A DNA stretch of 63,994 nt, the filler included, from Jimgerdemannia flammicorona (taxonomy: Eukaryota), in assembly GCA_003990765.1 (NCBI GenBank). It is 3 parts of 3 records of this genome, joined end to end, with 100 filler letters (N's around TTAATTAATTAA, not from the genome) between each part and the next. Parts side by side here need not be neighbours in the genome. Positions count along the whole stretch, not along the records: positions 21,641 to 43,175 come from RBNJ01001433.1; positions 43,276 to 63,994 come from RBNJ01001601.1; 1 more part is not named here. The stretch is one strand, 5' to 3'. Within the stretch, counting starts at the first letter, position 1; each line of letters begins with the position of its first letter. A model generated the notes under the pieces. That model was not told the DNA's origin and did no database searches. It worked only from the letters and a program-made list of their open reading frames with translations. The translations under genes were made by a program, and so were the position numbers. Below, one piece after another: positions 35,962 through 48,271 of the stretch.

Positions 35962-38900
35962 GCAAAATCTCTGCAATCAAAGATTGGTCTAGACCCAAGA
36001 AGCTGAAAGACCTCCAGTCATTCCTGGGATTAGCAAACTATTACAAGTGATTCATTGCCAACTTTGCTAAAATTGCTACTGCTCTCACCCAAATGACCAA
36101 GTACAGCAAGAAACAAGAACAACCCTGGACCACGAAACAAGAGAAAGACTTCAACAATCTTATAAATTGCGGACCTGAGTAAGATACTGCCTTTCAAGCA
36201 CTGAAGGATGCCTTGATAACCACTCCAGTACTTCAAGCAGCAAATCCTGCCCTACCATATGAAGTTACTACTAATGCCTCTGACCTAGCTCTTGGAGCAG
36301 TACTTATGCAAGAAGGACACCCTGTAGCCTATCACTCCCACAAGTTCAATGATGCTGAAATTAACTATGTAACCCATGAGAAGGAAATGCTAGCCATTGT
36401 AGACACTCTGATCAAATGGTAACCATATCTAGAAGGAGTACACTTCACCATATTGACTGACTACAAATCATTAGTCAATATCAAGATGTAGGCTACCCTT
36501 TCTTGAAAGCAAGCCAGATGAATGAAAGTCCTCACCAACTTTGACTATGAAATCCAGTATTGCCCTGGTAAGGAAAATATTGTTGCTAATATAATCTCCA
36601 GACCATCTATTGAAGAAGTTATCCAAACTCTCACCTTGGTTACCAACACTATCATGGAGCAAGTTATTGCAACATGTGCCAATAATAAGGAAGCTCAAGT
36701 ACTACGAGAAATCCTGAATAGTGATGATGCTGACAAGCATACACAGTATCATCAATACCAACTAAAGGACAACACTATCTATTATAAAGACAGACTATAT
36801 GTCCCAAACAACTGAGACCTCCAAAGGACTATCCTATTCGAATGTCATGATGCCCCTACAGCTGGACATTTAGAATTTGATAAATGTTATGAAGTTATCT
36901 CCCAGAACTTCTATTGGCCCTATATGGTAGATCAGCTCAAAACCTACATCACTTCCTGTGATGCCTGCCAATGAAACAAGTCCTCAACACTAGCAAAACC
37001 CAGCTTACTTCACCCTATCCCAGTACCATCTGCAAATTGGGAACAAATCTCTATGGACTTCATCATACAACTACTCCAAACCAAGAATGGGAAAGATACA
37101 ATTGTTGTCTTTGTGGATTACCTCAGTAAACAAGCCCACTTTGTGCCTACTACCACTATTGCAACAGCACCAGATATAGCCACACTCTTATTTGACAATA
37201 TCTTCTGCTATCATGGTCTTCCTAAAATCATTGTTAGTGATTAAGACCTGAAATTCACCAGCCATTTTTGGAAAGCCCTCCATACATATCTTGGAAAAAA
37301 ACTTGCACTATCCACAGCCTTTCACTCAGAAACTGATGGTCAAACTGAAAGAATGAACCAAACTCTGGAACAAATGCTAAGGAACTATGTTTCCTACAGA
37401 CAAGATAACTGGTATGAACACCTCACTGCAGTCAAGTTTGCCTATAACAATAGAAAGCAAGCCTCTCTCAGAATGACCCCATTCTTTGTCAATACCGGAC
37501 AAAACCCAAACACCCCTTTGACACTCATCTGAACTACTGAAGAATACTCTACAGTCAAAGCTGTTGAAGAATTCCTACTCCGAATGCGTAATCTAAGCCA
37601 GATCACAATCGAGAATTTATCATGAGCTCAAGAATAACAGTCACAGTACATTAACCAACACCACTGAGAAGAAACCTTCGATATTGGAGAAAAAGTTCTA
37701 CTAGACATCCAAGGATACCAAGTTGACAACCTCAAGCACAGACTATCTACAAAGCTGAACAGTAAGTTCATTGGACCATTTGAAGTTATCGTATAAGTCT
37801 CTCCTACCTCCTACAAATTGGCACTACCAGACACTATTAAGATTCACCCAGTCTTCAATATCCAATGTCTCAAGTGATATAATGAGAATGATGATGAACT
37901 ATTCCCTAACCAAACTATGAAACCACCTGCACCTGTCATTATTAATGACCAAGAAGAGTACAAAGTTGAATAAATCCTCAACAAATGTGGCCACAAGAAC
38001 CACCCTGAGTACCTTGTTAAATGGAAAGGTTATCCAATCCATGATGCAACCTGGGAACCCAAGACCAACCTCCAGAATGCTACTGACTTAGTTCAGGAAT
38101 ATGATTCCTTGAATAACTAAAACCAAATACTCTACACCTATTCATACATATATTATCCTCCCAAATACTATAATTATCAAAAATCAAGAACTCAGCAAAA
38201 CAAGACAAGAATACCAACCCTCTGGAAAAAATAGCAAAACTGAAAGCCAGCCTATTCTCCCTATACCACTGGTGGAAAACAAGGTATAGACATTTAAGAA
38301 GATTCCTTAGAGAAAATTCTCCAACAGTAAATGATATCAGAATCACTTCCAGTACACAGCATTGAACACATGACCCTTTAACGTATGAATCCAATGTGTT
38401 AGGCAACTATACTATGAGTATACCACTTTTTGAGAAAAATAGACTTTACTAGACTTTTGACCTCCCAAATGGTATAACAACACTAGAACAAAATTAGAAA
38501 GCCCGACGAGGATGTCGAAAGCTAAGAAGGGGAGAGTTGTAAGTATACAACCTCCAAGCCACCGAAATCACACGTCACCTTCTGAATAAGCTACTGAAAT
38601 CACACATGACCTCTAAACAAATCTGGAAATCACCTGCTTGATTATGAAGCTGAGTCAAATCAAAGTCACAGCATACAAAGCTGAGTCAATATGAAGTTAC
38701 AGAATACAAGATTCATATAAGTGGAATCTTACTAATCAGGACCAAATGTATGTATACTGAGCACCAAGATGCATCAAAACAGAGAACCAAAACAAACAAA
38801 ACTTCCAATACACAAATATAACTACCAAGATCTACACCCATATCCATGCTGACATTTGGAATACCATTGTTAACCAAGCTATACCCCCTCTGTCCCTCAT

Positions 38901-40281
38901 GAATATCCATAGCCTAGCACTCCTCTACTTCGTGGAAGTCTATTGGAATGCCCTAAACATACTTAATGAGGCCCACCGGATTGAACAAATCTCAAGCTAC
39001 TACCAGATTGGCCACCTCCTGGAAGATATGGTTGAATATCATCATGATATAGATATTACCCAGATATCTTAACACCAGAAGCTCATCACCCACAAACACT
39101 GAGAACTCTTCTATGAGTATAGTACCTTTATTCTCTGACTCTGAGTTACTACTAGTGAAATGGTTGCTACTCTGTCCTATGGCCAAATCGATGACATGAT
39201 ATAAGAAATCAACCACAAGTATCTCAAGTACATTGAAACTACAGACAGAACCTTCTCACACCTCGATGACCACATCCTGCAAATGCCCCAAGTCAGATAT
39301 GCTATAAAGGATGTTTATGATATAATCCGGTTCGATGAAGATGAAGCAGAAGACAATGATCCCTCCAACACTGACATGACCCCAAGCCAAGGATCCCTGC
39401 CAATACTAATTACACCACCAACCTTGTTGATGAACTTATAACAGTTCATAACCACATACAAGACTTATTGGGACAATGACCACTAGCATGAATACCAATC
39501 TACATTCACCTCCGATTACTTCAAACTACAATGAAGAGACCGGAGAATACAACCTATACCTCCAGACAACTCTTGAGATTGAACCAATCACTCCACTACC
39601 TGAGTACGAGTGACACAAACCACAGCTGCCAGCTTACTACAACCCTGTGACTCATAGTGCTGTAATCTATAGAAGGTATGCAGATAGTGAAACTGATGAA
39701 AGCGAAGATGATATATCCCTCCTTTACCCACCAACACCTTACCTAGCATACAAAGTTCCAATGTATTATTACCTCAGTAAATAAGGAGAAGTAATCCGTG
39801 AACCACTCTTCCTAGACAACTACTTCATCAGAGATGATATAATTGATGGTGATGTCATCGAGGACTACCCAGACAGTGCCTAAACCTATAACTAGCCTAG
39901 CAGTCATAGTATAGTTAGATTAGCCTTGTATGATATGACTGTGAACTGACTCAGCAGTCAGACAACCTCTTGACATATCAGATCATACTTGTACTATATG
40001 ACTGCATTCCGACTCAGTAAGGCACTTAGTGCTATATCCATATTCAGTATAGCCTAGATAGCCTCTTACTAGTATAAATATCCCTTCCCCCAGACCTCAG
40101 AATCTCAGACTTGAAAGACTTGAACATATAAGAACATTCCTGAACACTTCTCCACAATATTCCTTCACACAACTACTCCTAGTATAGTAATATTATGAAT
40201 AGCGAATAAACCTATTTAATAACCCACAAACCACTCTTAAGTAAATCCACTCCCCATTAGATCCCACTCCTAACTCTGTCA
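35962..40281 (+). mobile_element. Ty3/Gypsy chromovirus C, 3' half (RT end-RH-IN-chromo) plus ~1.7 kb 3' LTR
   Basis: LQSFLGLANYY, ASDLALGAVL, SMDFIIQL, YLVKWKGYPIHDATWEP. PPT AAGAAGGGGAGAG at 38524-38536; LTR begins TGTAAG at 38538; TATAAATA ~40073; AATAAA ~40205; end ~40281 inferred. Confidence 0.88.
38640..39883 (+). pseudogene. Long decayed ORF inside U3 of the element C LTR; unknown protein
   Basis: About 100 open codons at 38761-39069 (IYTHIHADIWNTIVNQ...), continuing with scattered stops and one frameshift near 39525, ending ...FIRDDIIDGDVIEDYPDSA*. Confidence 0.6.
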
Positions 40282-40899
40282 TGAAATTTCCTAATTGAGT
40301 ATTATCTGCAGCCATATGCCAATTCAACTAAGTTGGTCTTAGTTTCTTAAACTTTCTGAAATACAGAAATCCTGAATATCCAGAACTAGTTCAAAAAAGG
40401 ACTTTGGTTGAGACATCAACCTGATCTTGAAATCAATAAGCATAGAGGATATACTCCATATAAAATTGATCTTGACCATAAGAAAACAGTCTTCCAGAAC
40501 ATCCAGAACTTCTAGAAAACCCTTTCAGAACTATGTAACAGTTACCCTAAAAAAGCAACCCTCTTACAGGCAATATAGAGAGCTTTGAGGTAGTAATGCC
40601 ATTAGGAAGCTTTGATAGACAGATAGCTTCGATGGAGCCAATATGGCACAGAGCAGGAGAGTTTTGAAGCAGTGATACCAGAAAGCTTCAGCAGTATCAA
40701 TAGTGCAAACAGGTAGCTTCGGTAGTGATGCAGTGAACCAATATGATGCAGACAAGTAAGCTAAGAGCTTGGAATATAAATACTTTGTTGTTCAGAATTC
40801 CGATATAATGATCAGGTATGTATATATATTTGGTATTTCGAGAAATTATATTTCGAGATTATACTATATTTCGAGATCAGAATACTAGACTGATTGCCA

Positions 40900-43115
40900 T
40901 GTCTTTAAATATATACATTCATGGATCATTTCAGGGTCTAAAGTGTCTCTTTTGAGTGTTATAAGATCTGTACCACTTGAAAAAACCTGCTCAATCAGAG
41001 CACTTGTTGCTGGGATAACTAAATAGTTACATATATACCATTTTTGCTAGATTTTGGAAATCTCTGTGATGGCTCTAATATTCCCAATAAATTGAATTAA
41101 TTAGAAAAAGACTTTGGAAATATATAGACCAAATTCGAATATGAAGGCCCAACTCACTTGCCACCATAATAATGTATCAACTTTTGATTGAAATTTAACA
41201 ATTTCACTTTTTAAATAAGTATCTATCTCTTGCTCAGGATTTGTTGTCTTTTGTCACTATAGAATATATGTTCATCTAGTTCAGCAAGGATGTCATTATC
41301 ATCTTCAATTGTAGTATTGACATCGACATTGACATTAACACCAACATCGATATTGATATCAACATTGGAAATTATACAATAAACTGATCCAGATAGAGGG
41401 GCATAGTTTTTGTTATAAACTGTATGAAGTGTGTTTTCAGCCTCTTAAATCCAAATGTCTTCTTAACCATAGGATGAATAATATCCTAGTTTAATCCTGG
41501 GATCGAGAACTAGTTTTCATTTCAAAAAATAGATTTATAGTGACCAACTGATCAAATTTTGAAACTGTCTTAGTACTAAGCAAATTTCGAAATAGATTTA
41601 TCAAAATATTTATTTACTAGTACCAATATAATAAAGACCATCTGTCATTGAATAATATATCTTCAACTTATCAATAGCTACTGTTATTGCCTGGTGAATA
41701 ATATCTGTCAGCTCATCTGTCGGCTCTCCTGTCTTTGGCATTTGAATATCTTTATCATTCTCCAACTTATTCAGCAGATAGTTGTAAATTGGAATAGCCA
41801 TATAAATTGTTGTATATTTCTGCTTAGCTGTAAGATCTATCACCTTTTGAAAGTTTTTTAGAATTTTTATAATATCTTTTAGCATCTGCCAAATATTATC
41901 TTCAATGGCATATTTTTGCAAATCTTTATCAACCATAATTGTTGTAGTTAAGGGCTATTAATAAAAATTAATTTATTAATAAATAAATTATTATAATATA
42001 AATTATAATATAATATAATATAATATAATATAATATAATATAATATAATATAAAACTTACCTCTGATAATTCTAAAGTTTCTTCAATTATAAAATATATT
42101 GAATTCCACTGAGTCTTAACATCCAGAATAAGTTCTTTTGGATTGCTGATTCCAAAAGCTTTACATTGTGCTTTAAATTGATCAAGACATTGTGGTGATG
42201 ACCAAATCTTAATAATACTTGTCTGGAGTTTTGAAATTAGTTCTCCATCATCATTAGCCTTCAAACAAATTAAAAAGGCCTGAGCAGCCAGATTAATAAT
42301 ATGAGCCAGGCAGTGAACATGTTGTATTAGCTGATAAAGGCTAGTATCAAACTCTATTCCAATTACTTGAAAAAACATATTATTGTTGAATGTATTGTCT
42401 GTTATTATAGCCAATATCTAGAGTGAAAGATCAATAATTTGAAATATAAGTTTTCTAAAATTCCAACCTTTTTCGAAAATTCCAACCTTTTTCGAAAATC
42501 CCACCCTTTTTCAAAAAATCCCACTCTTTTTCGAAAAATCCTGAAAATTCCACTCTTTTTGAAAATTCCAACTATCTTGACTTTTTTTTTTTTTTGACCT
42601 TTTCAAAATATGATCTACATACCTTTGTCTATATGTCAAAATCTTGAACACATCTTCCAAAGGTATCAGCAATATTTTCATCTGAATGAGATCCTAATAG
42701 CTTGACAAAATCAATCAGCATGCAGTTGAGTTACTAATTCTGACAGATCCAGTGTACATTAATTCCAAGAAATGCATACATATTTAGAGATGTCCATGTA
42801 TCAACAGTGAAGAATATTTGACCTTGTATATTCTATTTTTGAATACAATAAGATTAATTCAAATATTTGAATTAATATTCAACATCAAAATATTAAATCT
42901 TATCTGTAGCATAATTTTGATAGTATTATACTTCTGTTGAAAGGCCAGTTTAATTTCATTTCATATAGTTCCAGCAGAAGGCATAATAATATCTGGTTTT
43001 AAAAGGGAAAAAACATCTTTTAACTCCAAATTCTCAATAACTGTAAAAGGCTGACTGTTACCGATAATCCAGCAAACAAGCTTTTCTCGAAATAATGATA
43101 TGGAGAATTTTGGCT
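40900..43115 (-). mobile_element. hAT transposase remnant with introns
   Basis: QPFTVIEN, FTVDTWTS, AIITDN, HCLAHIINL, DVKTQWNS, and dimerisation motif ATSALIEQVFSSG; ~19-bp repeats in the intron at 42458-42570. Confidence 0.88.
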
Positions 43116-43175
43116 ATTTTTGAATATTATAAAGTAATAATAAATTAATAACAATAATAAAAAAAAAAAAAAAAA

Positions 43176-43275
43176 NNNNNNNNNNNNNNNNNNNNNNNNN
43201 NNNNNNNNNNNNNNNNNNNTTAATTAATTAANNNNNNNNNNNNNNNNNNNNNNNNNNNNNNNNNNNNNNNNNNNN
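43176..43275. other. Assembly gap / contig spacer
   Basis: N44-TTAATTAATTAA-N44. Confidence 0.97.
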
Positions 43276-44470
43276 TTTTTTTTAATGGACTCATAGTCTC
43301 ACAGATTTTTATTGGAAGGGAACCTAGACTATATAGGCCAAAACCCTCTTCCACCATCTACTGAATAATATCTCTCTATTAACCTAGGTTACTAAATTGT
43401 CCAGCAGTCCCACTGCTCCAGCTATGCCTGTCGAACATTAGCTATATTGATCCCTATAATATAGACTAGACTTGTCTGCTCACCAGGGCTGGATCATTAT
43501 TTATATGTAAGAGCACACCTATATATCAGATCTAGCAGTACTGGGATTGAATAAAGAATAGTCCCCTGAACCCCAAAAGAAAGCTTGAGGCAAAGAAAAA
43601 ACCCCCTAACCAACCAATAGAGAGCAAAGTAGATTCAAAGTAGGTGAGTAAAGAACTTACATATAGCACCTTCCTCAAAGGACTTATATATGGGCTAGGG
43701 TCCAAAGAGACCCCATTCCCACTCTCTAAACCTGTGGGCCTCAATCACATTACCATATCAGCTCTCGGTTCTAGTCAGATACTGCCAAATGAGGAAGGCC
43801 CCACTTCCTAAGTCTGCAGGCCTCAATCATATTGCTATGTCAGCTCCTGGTTCCAGTTGGGTACAGCCAGGATGCCAGTCTCTGTACCACCCCACCCCCT
43901 ACAAGTCAATCAAAAGGCCTACTAAAATATTGTCCACTCTAGCCCCAATGACTACCCCCAGCCTAGCACTCTACTGGTTCACCATAATTGCCCTTCCTCT
44001 TATCTGTGATGGTCATCTCCTCTCCCATCCTGATATCATCTGAAAAACAGTTACTTATGCCAGAACTATGCTTGCTGAGAAGCTCGCCAAAGCCAGAGGG
44101 CCCTACTACAGGCACCAAGAACCTGCAGGTAACCTACACTGAGCACTTGATGCCCAAGGTCAGCCAATTCCCTATGTAGCCTGAGACATACTGAGACAGT
44201 ACCTTATTGGTGATGACAAAAGGAAGAAGGCACTGCATCAAAACAGATACACTTCAGATGCAGCTGAAGATACCAGAAACTGCAAAAAAGTGGAGAAGAC
44301 ACTGATCTGACACTGATAGAGGGGCAACTCATCACTATTGCCCTCCTCCCACCATGCCCATACAGGCACAGCAAACCAACCTGAGGTAGAGGGAATAATA
44401 ATAGGGGAAAGGGGACTTGAAAGGTCACCTACCAAACCTTGTGATCAGTAAGGTAGCAGAGAAAGGGGCA
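43276..44470 (-). mobile_element. Second full-length copy of the SINE-like family
   Basis: Same 3' end (GATTTTTATTGGAAGGGAACCTAGACTATATAGGCC) and same 5' end as 32213-33389; internal ~80-bp duplication at 43730-43870. Confidence 0.85.
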
Positions 44471-44697
44471 CATATTTTTTTTTTTATATAATTTCTCTCT
44501 TTAGATTCTCTTCTTATATAAATTTTGTAAGTTTGCTAAATGAGGCTAAGGAATACAAGTTGAACTATAATGATTTAATAAGATAGTCATTTATAACATT
44601 GAATTGATTAGATGCTTGATATTGAGACTACATTACTGAATCCACTTTTGTGAGAAACCGCGCGAACCTCAATGATACCCACACAACACAACATCTG

Positions 44698-45535
44698 TTA
44701 CAATAAAATTAAAAAAAAAAAATTTAAAATTAAAAAAATAAAACCAAATCCCCCACTCCGCCTCTGTCCCAGTCCTCCGTAATCCAGTTGCGAATCGCAC
44801 TGCTTGGGGTTTTTCGCACACCACAGCGGCCAGATGGGCTCGGCATTAACCCCCCTCGCTACAAGCCGGTACGGGGTAGAAGTTACGGCTGGTATCCAGT
44901 AGCACGCCACAATGACTTATGATGGCCAGTCCTCGATGTGGCTGGCGTGGACTTGTAGCCCGCGCCCGGCGTTGGAGACGAGCTGTGAGAAGGTCTCGAG
45001 GGCGCGTAGAGCCCCCACGTACGCCTTGGCTGAGATCACTCCGACTCCACCGGAGGCCGGGATGTCAAGCGTGTACGATTCGTCAATCCCGACGTCTAGT
45101 TTCGTCGTCAGGTTGTCGACCCGGATCTCGATCTTCTTGAGCACGGAGCCGTTCGGTGTCAGGACAGTGGTGTTTGGGTAGGCGACTTGGACGGGTGTCC
45201 ACTGTGTGATGGATTTTTGGTGCTCGTTAGCAAAGTACAACGAGGATGGATGGATATTACTAATTATATTTCTACCTTCTCGTACCAAATCAGCTCCTGA
45301 TAGCGATGGGCGGCATCCTTGATCCAAGTGCCTCGCAAAGCCGAGCCGGAGGGAATACTCTGTCGAGCTTGACGGTGGACGACGTCTGGAAGAAATTTCA
45401 TGAGTCGACATCGCAACGAGAAATTTCGAATAGCAAGACTCGTATAGTCCAAACCGAGTTTACCCAGAGCCATGTCGCGGCATTGCCGGGGACGAGGCAG
45501 GCGGCGGCAATCGCCACCGAGATGAGGAGTTTCAT
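44698..45535 (-). pseudogene. Beta-N-acetylhexosaminidase (GH20) pseudogene with the catalytic barrel deleted
   Basis: Signal peptide MKLLISVAIAAA; DESYTLDI, GALRALETFSQL, IEDWP; frameshifted H(C/R)[13 protein letters not shown] joined directly to C-terminal [21 protein letters not shown] box near 45580. Confidence 0.88.
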
Positions 45536-46149
45536 TATCGTCAGAGAAAGGAAATTGTGTGGTGGTGGCAAACCTGGATTTATACCGTCGGCGTGTGTAG
45601 TGAATATTCGGTGGAAATTACAGCCGCTAACTGGGCTCACCACCTTGAGTTACCCGGGGCTCATAACCTTTGTTGTAGGTCGGGGCTCATAACCTTGTTG
45701 TGACGAACAGAAGACGCAATTTTATTGAATTTGCGTAAGTCGCGTATTTCACGCGTTACGAAAATCTGATGAAATGGCGTAAGTCACGTGCTGACATATC
45801 GAGTGCGCGTGGAGCGCCACCACTTACTGAATTCATCATCTAATTAGAATAGCATCATAACCTCATACTCAAGATGTTATGGATCTCGTCACTATTCAAA
45901 TCGACAGTTGTATATACATAATAGTAGTAGTAACAAACCTTCCCTAATACGTACGATAGCTCCGCCAAACAAAAATAGGGCGAACCTTTCGGCAGAAGGA
46001 TTAACACTACTGAAGCTTGGGTGACTTAGTAAGACACATACACTGCCTCCAAGAACTTCTAGAGAATGACACTACCTTGAGCATGAGCTCAGAGTTAAAG
46101 TTGATAAATTTCTCTTACTGAAACATGCCCTCACTAAGAAAGGAAAATC

Positions 46150-46306
46150 TTTTTTATTTTTAAAAATAGACTCTATGTCCTATGGATTTTTATTAGAAGG
46201 GAATCTAGACTATATAGGCCAAAACCCTCCCCCACCCCCCCCTCCCCCCAAATGCTACACACTCATTAATCTAGGCTTGCTATTGTCCAACAGCTCTATC
46301 ATACCA
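46150..46306 (-). mobile_element. 3' fragment of the SINE-like family, ending at the Penelope-like element
   Basis: Matches 32213-32357. Confidence 0.8.
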
Positions 46307-47064
46307 GAGGAGGAAGAAGGCCCAGCAGGAGTCAGGGGAGCAAAACCAGAGCCAGTGTCAAAGTGAATGGAAGATATGTGGAAAGGTATGTATAAGGGGG
46401 ATGAACAAAGAACATAACTGAAAATGCATCAGCCATTTATTGCCACACAAAAAACGCAGTCCTTATATACAAAATACAACATCCCAAAAGGGAGGATGCG
46501 CCACAACTTGGGGTGAACCGAATTAGGAACCACATGACCACTAGAGATAGGCGGAGATAAAGGGGGAGCCAATCCCAGTTGCAGGATAAAAATCACAAAC
46601 AAACACAAACAAAACAAATCCAAATCGAGATTAAAAAACATCCTTGCCCCCTCCGGGGTCTTGTACTCACTCCGGGGTCTCAGCCTTACTCCGCTCCCCT
46701 CTGCTACCTTCGGCCCCTTGCTTTGCTCGGGCTCACTGTAGCTTACTCCATTTCAGCCTCACCCCTCGCTTGTGCTCACCTCTCCAGGGTCTGCAGATGT
46801 TTTTTAATCTTGATTTGAATTTGTTTTGTTTGTATTTGTTTGTGATTTTTATCCTGCAACTGGGATTGGCTCCCCCTTTATCTCCACCTATCTCCAGTGG
46901 TCATGTGGTTCCTAATTCGGTTTGCTCTGAGTTGTGGCACATCCTCCCTTTTGGGACATTGTATTTTGTATATAAGGACCACGTGTTTTGCATGGCAATA
47001 AATGGCTGATGTATTTTCAGTTACGTTCTTTATTTATCCCTCTTATATACATATACCTTTCTAC

Positions 47065-48271
47065 ATGTCTTCTGTTCACTTTGACACTGGCTCTGGTTTC
47101 ACTCCCCTGGCTCCCACTGGGCCTTCTTCCTCCTCTGCTATACCGCCTGCCCTCAGGGCCTCTGTCCTCATTGATGAGCTCATGGATGAGGCTCTTCCTC
47201 CTCTTTCTCCCTCTGCCTTTACCCCTGCCACTGTCTCGTTCAAGACCTACATCTCATCTGCCATCCTTTTCCTCCCCTTAGATCTTTGTCCCTTAGGTCA
47301 TCCACTTCTCTCCCAGTTTCAGTCAGTTCTTGCCCTCTCTGCCAAGGAGGCTCATCTCTGCCATGATGTCGACGTCATTGCTCTGCCTACTGTCTGCTAC
47401 TCCATTCTCCCTGAGGCCTGCCACCAAGCTCTCTCTGAAGAGATTTATACTGCCACTGCCGCTACCAAGCTCGCCGCCACTGATGCTGCCACTGCTTCTG
47501 CCGCCACCACTTCCACCTCTTTCCACCATGCCTGTGCTGTCTTTGTGGCCTTCATCTCCTCTTGCCTTTTGGATGCTGCCCTTCACCATCTAAGACATTC
47601 CTTCTGTTGCTGCCGACATCGATGCTGTGCATCATTTTCTCCTCACTGGCACCTCTTTTGTTGCTTGCCTTTATGAGCAGGAGACATCACATGCTGCCGC
47701 TGCTGCCCACACTGCCACCACCACTCCTCTGCCTACCTCCTCCGAGGTTTCGGTCTCCAAGGCCATTCATGCCAAAGCTCATACTGCTGCTCATGCTGAG
47801 GTTCATTCCTTTGCTGCTGCTGCTGCCAAGGCCCCCTCTAAGACCCCTGCCAAGACCCCCACCAAGCCCAATCAAGCTTCGTCAGCTTCTTCCTGGTCTC
47901 TCTCTCCTGCCAAGGCTTCCTCCTCTATTCCCCCTACCCCCAAGTATGGCCGCCAACTTGGTTCTCACCCTGTTGGGGCCTGGCCTTGTGCTGTCTGCTC
48001 TGGTCACCTCTACTATACCTACTGGTACCCGGCCAAGTCCGTCTGTCCTCATGGTGGTGTTCCTCATGCTGCTGCCCCTTCGGCTACTTGCTCGCCTTCA
48101 GCCTCCTCTGCTGGTTCCTTCTCTGCCTCCTCCACCCATGCCTCCAAATATAAGGGCTGCACAAAAGCCTGTGGCTGCAAGGTCTGGCACTCTGATGGGG
48201 TATGCTCCTATTCATCGGGCTTGCCACCTTCAAAAAAAGTCAGAGGGAAGGGAAAGGCCTCCTACTCTTAA
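47065..48271 (+). pseudogene. PLE ORF1: Ala-rich helical region plus Cys/His clusters
   Basis: MSSVHFDTG... with a frameshift near 47600; CAVCSGH...VCPH and CTKACGCKVWHSDGVC. Confidence 0.6.

Noticed and set aside
38500..38537. CGACGAGGATGTCG hairpin before the PPT (also ~57354-57370)
   Set aside because: A common pre-PPT hairpin in chromoviruses; not novel.
46990..47030. Hammerhead ribozyme in the PLE repeat (CTGATG)
   Set aside because: No CTGANGA...GAAA core with flanking stems in any of the three copies.
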